Program-made: the position numbers and the translations under genes
In this document: positions 35,862 to 48,374 of the stretch, piece after piece
Layout of the letters: every line of letters begins with the position of its first letter
How positions within the stretch are numbered: the first letter of the stretch is position 1
DNA from: Squalus acanthias
Lineage: Eukaryota
NCBI GenBank assembly: GCA_030390025.1
Contig: JASTWF010000048.1
Span: 62,001-126,000 of the forward strand
DNA: 64,000 bases
Direction: 5' to 3'
Notes under the pieces: generated by a model
Seen by the model: only the letters and a program-made list of their open reading frames with translations
The model's database searches: none
Told to the model about the DNA's origin: nothing

Positions 35862-37402
35862 CCAAAGGCGGCAGGAAACACCTGTTGATGATGGAACAGA
35901 GTGCTGCCGCGCCCTATTAGATTTATTTTACAGAGCGAACGTTTTTTTTTGACAACAATAAGAGACGGATTAGAATAAAAGTGAGAGATCAGATGTGGAG
36001 GCTCGGGAGAAGGTGCAAATAAAATTTAACAAAGACGACACCAGAATTGACAGGATCTATCTATCAGGAAATGCTAAGCAGGCTCGGGCTGTTTACCCTA
36101 GAAAAGAGAAAGCTGAGGTTTGACCTGGCTGAGCTCTTTTAGGATTAACAATGTGCTTTGTCGGCATACAGAAGAATGATAGAAAGAAAGGAAGGTAAGA
36201 AGAATAAAAGAAGAAATGTAAGAAAAAGAGAAAGAAAATAAAGGAAGAGGGAAAGAAAGAAGGACAGAACAAAAGAAAGAAAGAAAGAAAGGAAGAAAGC
36301 AGGAAAGTAAAAAGGAGAAGGATAGAATGAAAGATAGAGAAAAGAAAGAAAGAGAGAAACGCAGAAAGATAGAAATAAAAATAGAACGAAATATAGAAAG
36401 AAGGAAAGTAAGTAAAATACTATTTTTATACACTGACATTATGTTCTCTTTCTCCACAGGGACTGTAGAGGGCGGTCAATAGGAACACGTGAACAGAAGT
36501 AGGCCATTCAGCGAACCGAGCCTCTGACACAGGAACGGGAGAAGGCCGTTCAGACCTCGAGCTTGTTACATAGGAACACGAGGAAATCATTCATCCTTTT
36601 AATCAGATCATGGCTGATTTGTACCTCGACTTCTTTCACCTGCCTTTGCTGCATATCCCTTGATAACCTAACCCAACATTAATCTATCCGACTGTATAAT
36701 CCAATAATTAATTTCTCCACAGCAGAAATTCAGTTGAAGAAGTGAAGTGTGTTAATGACACCCAGGAACTTATCCCTTCTTCCAATTAGCTCTACATCCG
36801 TGGCCATTCAAGTTCCAGCTCAGCGAGTGTTGTCTCTGATGTGGAACGGGTTCACTGCAGTCTGAATACAGTGGGGACGTTTGCAAGTTCTCCAGTCAAG
36901 GGCGAGTCTTTGAGTCCTCCTGATCGTCACAGGCCCAACAATGCAATAGAACAGATGAACAGCCCGATGTGACCCGGATATTGTTGTACCGACTGCCTCA
37001 CGTTATCAAAAGGGCTTACTGTAGACCAGTGTTGTCCATGTGTTAGCCACTAGTCACATGTGGCTAATTAGGAATCAAGCTATGACTAATTGGGAATCTA
37101 CATGTGGCTAATCGGGAATCCAGACGTGGATAATTTATTTTCTGATTAGCAATAAATAAACGAGCCATAGACACCGTTGTTGGGAATGTTAACAGCAGAA
37201 GCTCCAGTCAGTCATTGCTAATTAGCAAGCACATCGATTCTGATTGGTTCGCTCGAGGAAGGGGCGTGTCTAACTCTGCATCACTCCCTCACGCTGCTCA
37301 GTGTTTCCTCAATGATTTTTAAAGAGCGGGTTGGCTCCTCACAAACTCCACGCTCCTGTTCTCGCTGCTTTCAATTATTAAGAGAAACGCTTCGAGAAAA
37401 AG

Positions 37403-37869
37403 ATGCATCTGTTACTGGGTCTGATTATCTTGTTTCACCGTAAGGGACTTTTTCAAACATTAATTCTTGCTAATTACCTACTTTTACGTTTTACTTTCTT
37501 TCTTTCTTTTTCTCCCATTGCCCCGGATGTCCCAATTTACTGACCTCCTCCTCTCTCCCTGTCTCTTTCCCAGATGTGAACTCGGACATTATCCGCCAGA
37601 CTCCCGCTGCTGTCTCCAGATTTCCCGGGGTTGGAGTGGTAATAAAGTGCACTCTGGAAAGCACCAGTACTAGGTATATGTACTGGTACACACAATACCC
37701 GGGGAAGGAGCCGCAGTCCATGTTTTATTCCACGTTTACCAATCACGTGAATCCAGAGGGGACGGTGGACGGTTTTATTGCCGAGCGACCGAATGACAAC
37801 GAGTTCAACCTGAAGTCCTCCAGCCTGCGGGCGAATCACTCGGCCGTATATTACTGCGCCTGGAGTCTG
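37403..37869 (+). CDS. TRBV: TCR V family A, copy A11
   Basis: Leader 37403-37439; V exon 37574-37869 open (WYTQ). Confidence 0.93.
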
Positions 37870-37908
37870 CACAGTGACTCAGAGAGATGGAGGAGCTCAA
37901 CAAAAACC
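37870..37908 (+). other. 23-RSS (A11)
   Basis: CACAGTG-23-ACAAAAACC. Confidence 0.95.
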
Positions 37909-39740
37909 CCAAAGGCGGCAGAAGACATCTGTTTAAGATAAAACCGCGCGGTGCTGTTGGGTTTATTTTACAGAGCGAACATGTTTTTGACAAGAAGAAG
38001 AGACGGGTTAGTATAAAAGTGAGAGATTAGATATAGAGGCACTGGAGACGGTGGAAAGAAAGTTTAGCAAGGATAATGCAAGAATTGAGAGATTTAAACT
38101 ATCAGGAAATGCTGAACAGGCTGGCACAACTTTTTTCTAGAAAAGAGACGGCTGAGGGGTGACCTGATAGGCGTTTGATACGTTAGGCGTATTGAAGAAA
38201 GATAGAAAGAAAGGAAGACTGAAAGAATAAAAGAAAGAATGATAGGAAGAAAGAGGAAAATAAATAAAGGAAGAAGGAAAGAAAGGAAGAAATAATGAAA
38301 GAACGAAATAAAGAAAAAATAAGGGAAGGAATTAGATAAGAAAAAAGAGAAGGAAAGAAAGATAGAGACAATAAAGAAAGGAAGATAGAAAGGCAGAACG
38401 AAAATAATGAAAAATAGAACGAAATATAGAAAGAAGGAAAGTCATAAAAAACCTTTATTCATACACTGACATTGTGCTTTCTTTCTCCACAGGGACAGTA
38501 GAGGGCGCTCTAGACCATGAAACACACCATGGATCAATCGCAACACAGGAACAGGAGGAGGCCATTTAGCCCCACGAGCCTGTTACACAGGAACAGGAGG
38601 AGGTCATTCAGCCCCTCGAGCCTGTTACACAGGAACAGGAGGAGGCCATTCAGGCCCACGAGCCTCTTACTCAGGAACGGGAGGAGGCCTTTCAATCACT
38701 TGCGTCTGCTCTGCCTTTTAATTTGTAATTTAACCTCATCAACCCGCCTTTGCGGCATATCCCTTGATATCCTAACGCAACTTGAATCGATCCAACTCAG
38801 CCTTGCGAGTTCCAATTGTCCCCCAGCATCCGCAGCCTTTTGGGGGCGAGAGTTACATATTTCAAAAGGGAATTGGTTAAATACTCGAAGGAGCTAAACT
38901 GCAGGGATATGGGGAAAGAGCGGGGGACTGGGGCTAACTGGATTGCTCTTCGAAAGAGCCAGCAGAGACTCGATTGGCCGAATGACCTCCTTCTGTGCTA
39001 CACTATCCTATGATTCTATGATTTTTTTCAAAATACATAATTTCTCAACAGCCGGAATTTATTTGCAGTAATGACGGTCATTAAGAACACCTAGGAAATT
39101 ATATCTCTTCCATTTAGCTCTATATCCGTGGACATTCATGCTCCAGCTCAGCGAGTGTTATCTCTGATGTGGAACGGGTTCACTGCAGTCTGAATACAGT
39201 GGGGCCGTTTGCAAGTTCCCCAGTCAAGGGCGAGTCTTTGAGTCCTCCTGATCGTCATAGGACCAATAATGAGCCAAACCTTGCGGTGGAACAGACCCAC
39301 AGCCCGATGTGATCCGAATATTGTTGCCCCGACTGCCTCTTGTTATCTAAAGGGTTTGCTTCAGGCAAGTGTTGTTCATATGTTAGCCATTATCAATGTG
39401 GTTAACTTGGGATACAGCTGTTGATAACTGGGAATCCAGATGAGGCTAATTGGGAATCCAGATGTGCATCAATGCATTTCTGATTCGTAAATAATCAATG
39501 AGTAACAGACACCGTGGTTGGGAATATTAACGGCATTATATCCAGTCAGCCATTGATAATTGGCAACCACATTGGTTCTGTTTAGTTCCATTGGGTAAGG
39601 GGCGTGTCCAACCCTACATCACTTCCTCACGATCTTCAAATTTTCCTCAATGATTTGAAAAGAGCGGCTTCGCTCCTCACAAGGCACAACTCTCCTGTTC
39701 TCGCTCCTTTCATTATTAAGAGAAAAACTTCCAGTCAAAG

Positions 39741-40404
39741 ATGTATCTGTTCCTGGGTCTAATGAACTTGTTTCACCGTAAGGGACATTTTCAAACTTTA
39801 ATTCTTGTCAATAACATATTNNNNNNNNNNNNNNNNNNNNNNNNNNNNNNNNNNNNNNNNNNNNNNNNNNNNNNNNNNNNNNNNNNNNNNNNNNNNNNNN
39901 NNNNNNNNNNNNNNNNNNNNNNNNNNNNNNNNNNNNNNNNNNNNNNNNNNNNNNNNNNNNNNNNNNNNNNNNNNNNNNNNNNNNNNNNNNNNNNNNNNNN
40001 NNNNNNNNNNNNNNNNNNNNNNNNNNNNNNNNNNNNNNNNNNNNNNNNNNNNNNNNNNTCCTGAATATCCCCGTTAACTGAATTCCTCCTCTCTTGTCTG
40101 TTTCCTAGACGTGAACTCGCAGAGTATCCGCCAGACTCCCGCTGCGGTCTCAAAATTGTCTGGGGAGGGAGTGGAACTGAAGTGCAAAGTGGAGGGCACC
40201 AGTACTGCCAACATGTTCTGGTACAGACAATACCCGGTGAAGGAGCCGCAGTTCATGTTTTACTCCAAGGGTATCAATCACGTGAATCCAGAGGGGACGG
40301 TGGACGGTTTTACCGCCGAGTGATCGAATGACGACGAGTTCAACCTGAAGTCCTCCAGCCTGCGGGCGAATCAGTCGGCCGTTTATTACTGCGCCTGGAG
40401 TCTT
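39741..40404 (+). pseudogene. TRBV: TCR V family A, copy A12 (pseudogene)
   Basis: Leader 39741-39777; V exon 40109-40404 with CGA changed to TGA at 40321-40323. Confidence 0.92.
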
Positions 40405-40443
40405 CACAGTGACTCAGAGAGATGGAGGAGCTCAACAAAAACA
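40405..40443 (+). other. 23-RSS (A12)
   Basis: CACAGTG-23-ACAAAAACA. Confidence 0.93.
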
Positions 40444-40749
40444 CATAAGTCGCAGGAAACACCTGTGGGAGATGAAATTGCGCAGTGCTGGGACCTGTTG
40501 TTTCATTTTTAAAGAGCGAACGTGTTTATGACAATAACAAGAGACAGGTTAGAATAATAAATAGATTAGATGCAGAGACACTTAAGCAGGTGAAAAATAA
40601 AGATTAACAAGGATGACACCAAAACTGAGAGATTGTAACATTCTGGAAATAATAAAAGTAAAAGGTATTGGGTTTCTATACAGTGACACTGTGCTTTATT
40701 TCTCCACAGGAACAGCAGAGGGACCATGAAACATTCAGTTACGTGAAAT

Positions 40750-41160
40750 AGGTGGAGGCCATTCAGCCCCTCGAGCCTGTTACACAGGAACAGGAGGAGG
40801 CCATTCAGCCCCACGAGCCTGTTACACAGGAACAGGAGGAGGCCTTTCAGCCCCTCGAGCCTGTTACACAGGAACAGGAGGAGGCAATTCAGCCCCTCGA
40901 GCCTTTTACACAGGAACAGGAGGAGGCCATTCCAACCCTCGAGCCTGTTGCACAGGAACAGGAGGAGGCCATTCAGCCCCTCGAGCCTGTTGTACAGGAA
41001 CAGGAGGAGACCATTCAGCCCCTCGAGACTGTTACACAGGAACAGGAGGAGACCTTTCAGCCCCTGGAGCCTGTTGCACAGGAACAGGAGGAGGCTATTC
41101 AGCCCGTCGAGCCTATTACATAGGAAGATCGGAACAGGAGTAGGGCATTCAGCCCCTCAT
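40750..41160. repeat. 42-bp minisatellite, about 9 units
   Basis: Same unit as 14425-14825, more homogeneous. Confidence 0.93.
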
Positions 41161-41979
41161 GGCTGACCTGTGAAGAAGTGACCTGATAGAATTCTTTAAA
41201 ATTATGAAGCGGTTTCAGAGTGTAGATGTAGTTATATTTATGACTCCAAGATTTGCTCTTCCATTTGTTTGGGAAACCAAAACTTGGGCCCATAATGTAA
41301 GCGACTCACTAATAAATCCAGTAGGGAATTCAGGAGAAATTTCTTTATTCATGGAGTGGGTACCACAGGGAGTGGTTGAGGCGAATAGCATAGATGCAGT
41401 TAAGGCGAAGCTGGATAGGTGCATGAGAGAGAAAGTAATAGAAGGTGATGCTGATAGAGTACAGCATCAACCCATACTGTGGTGAAGTGTTGAGCACATT
41501 CAGTTAGCAGAGGGCAAGGGTTTTAACAGGTCAAACCGGTTCTGACCACAACAAATAAAATTATCAAATTAAAATATGAAAGAAAGAAAGATGGAATGAC
41601 AGANNNNNNNNNNNNNNNNNNNNNNNNNNNNNNNNNNNNNNNNNNNNNNNNNNNNNNNNNNNNNNNNNNNNNNNNNNNNNNNNNNNNNNNNNNNNNNNNN
41701 NNNNNNNNNNNNNNNNNNNNNNNNNNNNNNNNNNNNNNNNNNNNNNNNNNNNNNNNNNNNNNNNNNNNNNNNNNNNNNNNNNNNNNNNNNNNNNTTATAC
41801 ACGTGCAATGTGCTTCATTTCTCCACAGGGACAATAGAGGGCGATCTAAGACCATGAAACCCACCAGTGCATGATTCAATCGGATCAGAAATGTAGATTC
41901 AGCCACCTCAAAACCCTCCACCGTTGAAGCAGATCATGGCTGATCTGTATCTTAGCTCAATTTACCCATGTTGATCAAA

Positions 41980-43680
41980 GAATTTAAGAAATAGTAACTG
42001 AAGTAGGCCATATGGCGCTTCCAGCCCGCTCCGACATTCAATAAGACCACGGCTGATCTTCTACCTTAACTCCATATCCCGCCCTATCCCCATATCCCTT
42101 GATTCACTTAGTATCCAAAAATCTGTTGCTCTCTGCCTTCATTATGCTGAACGACTGAGCATCCACAGCCCTCTGGGTTATTGAATTCCAAAGATTCAGA
42201 GCCCTTTCAAATTTCTCTTGATCTCCGTCGTAAATGTTCGACCCCTTATTCTGAGACTGTGACCCCTGGTTCTCATTCCCCAGCCATGTGCAACAGCCTC
42301 TCAACATCTACACTGTAAAATCTCCTAAGATTTTTCGTCTTTCAATTAGATCACCTCTCATTTTTCTAAATTCTCGGAAATATAGGCCTAGTCCACTCAA
42401 TCTCTCCTCATAGGGCAATCCCAGGAATCAATCTGGTGAGCCTTCGTTGCACTACCTCTGTTGCAAGTATATCCTTCCTTAGGTAAGGAGACGAAAACTG
42501 TACACAATACTCCAGGTGTGGTCTCACCAAGGCCCTATATAATTGGAGTAAGACGTCTTCATTCTTATACCCCAATCATTTTGTAATAAAGGCTAACATA
42601 CCATTTGCTTCCCTAATTGCTTGCTGTACCTGCATGTTAACTTTCAGTGATTCGTGTACAAGGACACAGACGTCGCTCTGAATACCAACATTTCGCAGTC
42701 TCCCACCATTTCAAAATTATTCTGCTTTTCTATTTCTCCTACCAAAGTGGTTAAATCCACATTATATTCCATCTTCCACGATTTTGCCCACTTATTAAAC
42801 CTGTCTATATCCCGTCGCAGCCACTTTGCGTCCGCCTCACAATTTACTTTGCCACCTAGCCTTGTATCGTCAGCAAACTTGAATACATTAAACTGGGTCT
42901 CCTCATCTAAGTTATTGATTTAGATTGTAAATAGCTGAGGCCCAAGTACCCCACTAGTTACAACCTGCCAGCCCGAAAATGACCCGTTTATGCCTGCTGT
43001 TGTTTCCATAATCCTTGATACCCTTACTTAACAAAAATCGGTCGATCTAAGTTTTGGAATCTCCAATTGACCTCTAGCCTCATCAGTAAACTGAGTGAGA
43101 GAATTCCAGATTTCCACTACCCTCTGTGTAATATGTGCTTCCAGATATGAAAGCTGAACGGCCTAGCTCTAATTTTAAGGTTATTTCCCTTTGTTCTCAA
43201 CAGAGGGAATAGTTTCTCTCAATCTACCCTCTCGAATTCTTTTAACATTCTGAAACACTTCAATAAGATCATCTCTTAATCTTCCATACTGAAGGGAATA
43301 AAGCAAAGTTTTTGCAACCTGTTCTCATAATTTAAGCTTTTTTGCTCTCTTATCATTCGGGTGAATATGCGGACACCCACTTCAAGGCAAATATATCCTT
43401 CCAGATATACATTGCCCAGAATTCCAGAGATGCACGAAGTTCTCCAGACAGAGTCTGACCAGAGTGTTACACAACTGAAAGATAACTTCCTCCCGCTTTG
43501 AGATAAAAGCCAGCCAACCATTAGGTTTGCACTTTTTTTAGCTGAGCGCCATTTGGACATAATTCCGATCTATCATTCTTAGGTGCACAGGGGATGATCT
43601 CACGGTTGCCCACATTAAACTCCATCTGTCAGTGTCACTGCTTTGCTCATTCACGTAATCTTTCTCTGCCACTTTGCAAC
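41980..43680 (-). mobile_element. Two adjacent degenerate CR1 fragments
   Basis: ORF 42104..42307 (ALNLWNSITQRAVDAQS); reverse complement of TATCGTCAGCAAACTT at about 42865 encodes KFADD. Confidence 0.8.
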
Positions 43681-43714
43681 TTCCAGCTCCCAGCTGCTCG
43701 ACTCACTGCCTCTC

Positions 43715-43850
43715 AGAGAGGGCGGGGCGGAGCTGTCAATCAGAGAGGGAGGGGCGGAGCTGTCAATCAGAGAGGGAGGGGCGGGGCTGTCAAATAGAGA
43801 GGGAGTGGCGGGGCTGTCAGTCATAGATGGAGGGGCGGGGCTGTCCAAAC
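43715..43850. repeat. 27-bp minisatellite (also about 15680, 23800, 49265, 51655, 58815, 61225 and 62800-63450)
   Basis: TGTCAA at 43734, 43761 and 43788 gives a 27-bp period. Confidence 0.85.
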
Positions 43851-43977
43851 CTGCACCACTTGCTTTTGCTCTTCATGTTTTGTTCAATGATTTCAGAAGA
43901 GCGGATTGGATCCTCACAACACACAACGATCCTGTTCTCGCTCCTTTACTTATTGACGGGACAGCTTAAAATAAAAG

Positions 43978-44014
43978 ATGTATCTGTTACTGGGTCTGAT
44001 GATCTTGTTTCACC
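43978..44014 (+). pseudogene. Orphan family A leader exon (own V exon missing)
   Basis: MYLLLGLMILFH|GTAAG with an A-type promoter; the intron runs into a LINE remnant at about 44145. Confidence 0.8.
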
Positions 44015-44061
44015 GTAAGGTACTTTGAAAAGAAACAATTATTGTTAATAAACTTCCTTTA

Positions 44062-44093
<32 letters not shown>

Positions 44094-44849
44094 TCTCTCT
44101 TTCTTTCTTCTTTCCTCCTTCCCTTCTTTATTTTTCTCCCCTTCCTAGAATCAGAATCTGAAAGCACTGAAGGAGGCCATTCGGCCCATCGGGTCTGATG
44201 CGGCTCTTTTGAAGACCTATCCAATTTGACCCCCCGGGCTTCGTCCTACCCCTCTTCAATACTCCCATTAGCATATCCAGCTATTCCTTTCTCTCTCATG
44301 CACATATCTAGTTTCCCCTTAAATGCAACTATGCTAATTGGCTCAACCACTCCACGTGGTAGCAAGTTCCACATTGTCACCACACTTTGGGCAAAGAGGT
44401 TTCTCCTGAATTCCCTATTGGATTGATTAGTGTATATCTCATAACGCCCCTAGTTTTGGTCCCTCTTATCTATTTAGTCCCACTCCCCTGCTCTGTCCCC
44501 ATAGCCCTGTTTTTTTTCCTTATCGAGTTTATATCCAATTCACTTTTGAAAGTTATTATTAAATCTGCTTCCACCGCCATTTCAGGCAATGCATTCCAGA
44601 TCAGGACAAATATTTTTAATAACATTTATGTCCCCTCATCTCCCCGCTTGTTCTACTGCCAATTATCTTAAATCTGTGCCCACTGGTTAAAGTCCGTCCT
44701 GCCAGTGTATATAGTTTCTCCCTGTCAACTCTGTCAAAACTATTTGTAATTTTGAACACCTCTATTCGTTCTCTCCTTAATCTTCTGTGCTGTACGATTC
44801 TATGACGTTGCTGAACTACCGAAGGAATGGGATGGAGCGTGGGTAACGC

Positions 44850-44862
44850 AGGAAGTGACGTA
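44850..44862 (+). promoter_or_regulatory. ETS-CRE composite in the family D promoter
   Basis: AGGAAGTGACGTA; paralogue AGGAAGTGACGCA at 54682-54694. Confidence 0.65.
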
Positions 44863-44981
44863 TCAATGACAATTACAACCGGATGCTTCGTATTTAATCA
44901 GATTGAACATACAAACTGGCTTTAAAAGTGGTATTGAGCTAAACCCGATCACACAGCGAGCCAGTGTCGAATAAATAAATC

Positions 44982-45903
44982 ATGTTTCATGGAGCTTGTT
45001 ATCTAACGTTGATGGTGGCACTGATCCCACGTAAGTCAAAGTAACAAGCTTATGCAGGGATCTTTGTAGAATAATGTATTATAATGTCAGCTCTTGTTCA
45101 GCTGGTAGAAACCTTGCCTCGGAATCAGAGGTTTTGGGATCGAGTCTTACTCCTGAGACTTGAGCACAAAATCTATGCTGGCACTCCCGAGACCAGCGCT
45201 GAGGGAGTGCTGCACTTTTGGAGGTGCCATCTTACAGATAAGGCGTAAAACTGAGCTGCCCTCTCAGGTGGAAGTAAATGATCACAGGGCACTATTGGAA
45301 GAACAGCAATGAAGTTGTCGCCGGTGTCCTGGGCCAACATTAATCCCACCACAATCAACAAAAAAACAGATGTACTGGTCATTTATTTCAAGGCAGTATT
45401 TGGGAGCTTGCTGTGCTCAAATTGGCTGTCTCCTTTCCTACATTACAACAATGACTACACTTTAATCTGTACTTCATTTGTTGTAAAGAGTTTTGTGAGT
45501 TTCTGAAATCGGGAATGCGCTTTATGAATGGAAGATCTTTTTCTCTGTAGTCCGCGCTCAAATAAATTATTGACAAAAATAAGAAACTAATCGATGTTAC
45601 TTTCGACAGAAATACTCACCTCGTACGTGGAGCAGTCGCCTTCTATCCTTTCGATTGGAACAGGAGAGTCCACCACGCTCAGATGCACGCTGAAGAATAC
45701 TGGCTATACCTTTATGTACTGGTACAGACAACAACCCGACCGGGCATTAGAAGCTCTTTTATATTCTGCTGGAGCAGGAGCTGTTACGAAACACACGACC
45801 GAGTCTTTTAAGGCAGAAAGAAGCAGCACTACGCTGTTTACTTTGGAACTGAGCGCCGCCTCTCCGTCTCACACCGCTGTCTATTACTGTGCTTGTAGTA
45901 TCG
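44982..45903 (+). CDS. TRBV: TCR V family D, copy D1
   Basis: Leader 44982-45030 MFHGACYLTLMVALIP|GTAAGT; V exon 45610-45903 SYVEQSPS..LRCTL..MYWYRQ..YYCACS, open. Confidence 0.93.
45086..45545 (+). mobile_element. tRNA-derived DeuSINE (SacSINE1-like) in the D1 intron
   Basis: tRNA-like head, central GCTGAGGGAGTGCTGCAC..CTCTCAGGTGGA..GTCCTGGGCCAACATT block and L2-like tail. Family assignment is from memory. Confidence 0.65.
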
Positions 45904-45942
45904 CACAGCGTTTGAGAAAGCGGCTCCCCAGCTACAAAAACC
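45904..45942 (+). other. 23-RSS (D1)
   Basis: CACAGCG-23-ACAAAAACC. Confidence 0.93.
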
Positions 45943-45977
45943 TGCAGCGGATGAATGGCAGTTCAGTGCTCATTTTT

Positions 45978-45995
45978 CGCCACCAGGTGGCAGCA
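45978..45995 (+). promoter_or_regulatory. CTCF motif about 35 bp 3' of the D1 RSS
   Basis: CGCCACCAGGTGGCAGCA; variant CACCACCAGGTGACAGCA at about 55794. Confidence 0.75.
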
Positions 45996-46218
45996 CTAGC
46001 TATTAGTTCAGTGCTTGATTTCTCCTTCACTCCTGCCACTCCTGTCCTCTGTACTTCGCTACCCAATGATCTCCCCGCCTCGCATCCCTTATTCCCTCCT
46101 CTCCCCTGCCCTTATTAAATGACTTGGGACAAGATATTGAGGCGGCGACCTCTGACGTCATCCTTCAAAAAGTAACCAATCCGTGCATTTGTGGAAGAAT
46201 CAGAAGGAATGGAGGGGG

Positions 46219-46291
46219 ATGGAACTGTGGGGCTGTTTGACCGCGTATCTCTCACTCCTGCTCCACTCTCTGAGTCTGGCGACCAGTTCTG
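46219..46291 (+). pseudogene. Orphan family C leader (C4)
   Basis: MELWGCLTAYLSLLLHSLSLATSSG|GTCAG, CRE at 46153; no C-family V exon follows. Confidence 0.75.
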
Positions 46292-46968
46292 GTCAGCACA
46301 CGGTTACGTTTCAATGCAGTTCGCTTTAATGTAGAGAGAAAGCGAGAGAGAGAGAGTTAATTCGTGAGGAAGATAAAGACACAAATACAATGAGAGAGAG
46401 AGACAGAGACTGTGAGAGAGGAAAGCGAGAGACAAAAAGAGAGAGAGAAAGCGAGTGAACGAGAGACAGAGAGAACCCGAAAGATGAAAGAGAGGAACGA
46501 GAGACAGGAAGAGAGAAAACGAGTGAAAGAGAAACACAGAGACAGAGAGAGGAAAGAGAGAGACAGAGTGACAGAGGGAGGAAAGACAGAGATCGAGAGA
46601 GAGAAAGCGAGTGAAAGAGAGACAGAGAGAAAGACAGCACAGAGAGAGAGAGAGAAATACAGAGACAAGAGGGAGACACAAAATACATAGACATAAAGCA
46701 AGAGAGACAGAAACATACAAAGCCAGACAGGGAGCCTTGCAGAGAGAGAGAGAGCCGGACGAACAGTGAGAGACAAGTGAAGACATTGGCAAACACGTCG
46801 ATTCCGTTTATTTGAACTGGAGAAAGGGGGTGTATCCGTCCTTCAATTGCTTCCTTATGCTCTTCATGTTTTTCTCAATGATTTGAAAAGAGCGCTTTGT
46901 CTCCTCGCAACACTCATAGTTCCTGCTCTCGCTCCTTCCATCATTAGAAGTAAATATTAAAATAAAAG

Positions 46969-47297
46969 ATCTATCTGTTACTGTGTCTGCTGAACGTGTT
47001 CCAACTGAAGAGAGATTTTCAAACAATAATTATTGCTAACAACCTCCATTTACTTTCTTTCTTTCTTTCTATCTCTCTTTCTTTCTTTCTCTCTTGCTCC
47101 CTTTCCCCATTGCCCGAATGCCCCTGTTTACTGACCTCCTCCTCTCCCCGTCTCTTTCCTGGATGTGAGCTCACAGACTAAACGCCAGAGTCCTGCCGCT
47201 GCCTCCAAATTACCTCGGGAGCGTGTGGACCTGAAATGCGCTGTGAAGTCTGTCAGTAACCATAACATGTTCTGGCACAGACAATGCCCGGGGAAGG
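46969..47297 (+). pseudogene. Truncated family A relic
   Basis: ATG changed to ATC, splice sites lost; V homology 47163-47297 stops at PGK. Confidence 0.8.
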
Positions 47298-47789
47298 CTG
47301 CTTTCTCTAGAAAAGAGAACACTGAGGGGTGAGCTGACAGCCAAAATTATGAAAGAGGTTCGATAGGATAGATGTAGGGAACATACTTCCACTTCCGGGG
47401 AAGACCAAAGCTCAGGGTCATAAATATAAGATAGTCACTAATAAGTCCAAATAGGGAATTCAGGAGAAAACTGTTTACCCAGAGAATGGCGAGAATGTTG
47501 AACTCGCGACCACAGGGAGTAGTTGAGTCGATTAGCATAGGTGCAGTTAAGGGAACGCTGGATAAGCATATGGGGGACAAAGGAATAGAAGGCCATGCTC
47601 ATCGGGCACAACATCAACACATCCTGTGCTGAAATGTTGATCACATTCAGTCATCCGAGGTCATTAGCTTTCGGTGTAGTTGGTTCTGAGCAAAACAAAT
47701 GAAAATAATCAATGCAAAAAGAAAGAAAGGAATGAAGAATCGAAAGAAGGAAATAAAGATATAAGTAAAGCAGGATAGAACGATATAAT

Positions 47790-47956
47790 AGCAAAATACT
47801 GCGGATGCTGGAAATCCGAAATAACAACAGAAAACGCTGGAAAAACTCAGCAGGCCACGCAACATCCGTGGAGAGAGAAAGAGAGTTAACTCTCTTTCTC
47901 TCTCCACGGATGTTGCCTGGCCTGCTGAGTTTTTCCAGCGTTTTCTGTTGTTATTT
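47790..47956. mobile_element. Palindromic insertion with a 14-bp target-site duplication
   Basis: Arms 47819-47887 and 47888-47956; TAGAACGATATAAT at 47776-47789 and 47957-47970. Confidence 0.85.
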
Positions 47957-48374
47957 TAGAACGATATAATGATAGAGAAAGAAAAAGAAAAGGATAGAGA
48001 AAGAAAGAACGAAAGAAAGAAAGGAAGAAAGAAAGAAGGAAAGAAAGAAAGACGGAATGAAAGAGAGAATGAAAGGTTTAGAGAATAAAGAAAGACAGAA
48101 AGAAAGAGAGACAAAGAGAGAAGGATNNNNNNNNNNNNNNNNNNNNNNNNNNNNNNNNNNNNNNNNNNNNNNNNNNNNNNNNNNNNNNNNNNNNNNNNNN
48201 NNNNNNNNNNNNNNNNNNNNNNNNNNNNNNNNNNNNNNNNNNNNNNNNNNNNNNNNNNNNNNNNNNNNNNNNNNNNNNNNNNTTTGTCGACTGACGCTGT
48301 GGTTCTCCACAATGACAGCAGAGGGCGCTCTAGGACTCTGAAAGACATCAGTGCCTGGAACATGGTTTAATAGG

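Noticed and set aside
40750-41160. CRISPR-like regular repeat
   Set aside because: Head-to-tail units with no unique spacers, in vertebrate DNA.
44952-44979. Possible 12-RSS upstream of D leaders (CACAGCG-12-ATAAATAAA; CACAGTG at 54784)
   Set aside because: Nonamer matches only 5 of 9 and is worse in the paralogue; no D or J segment adjacent.
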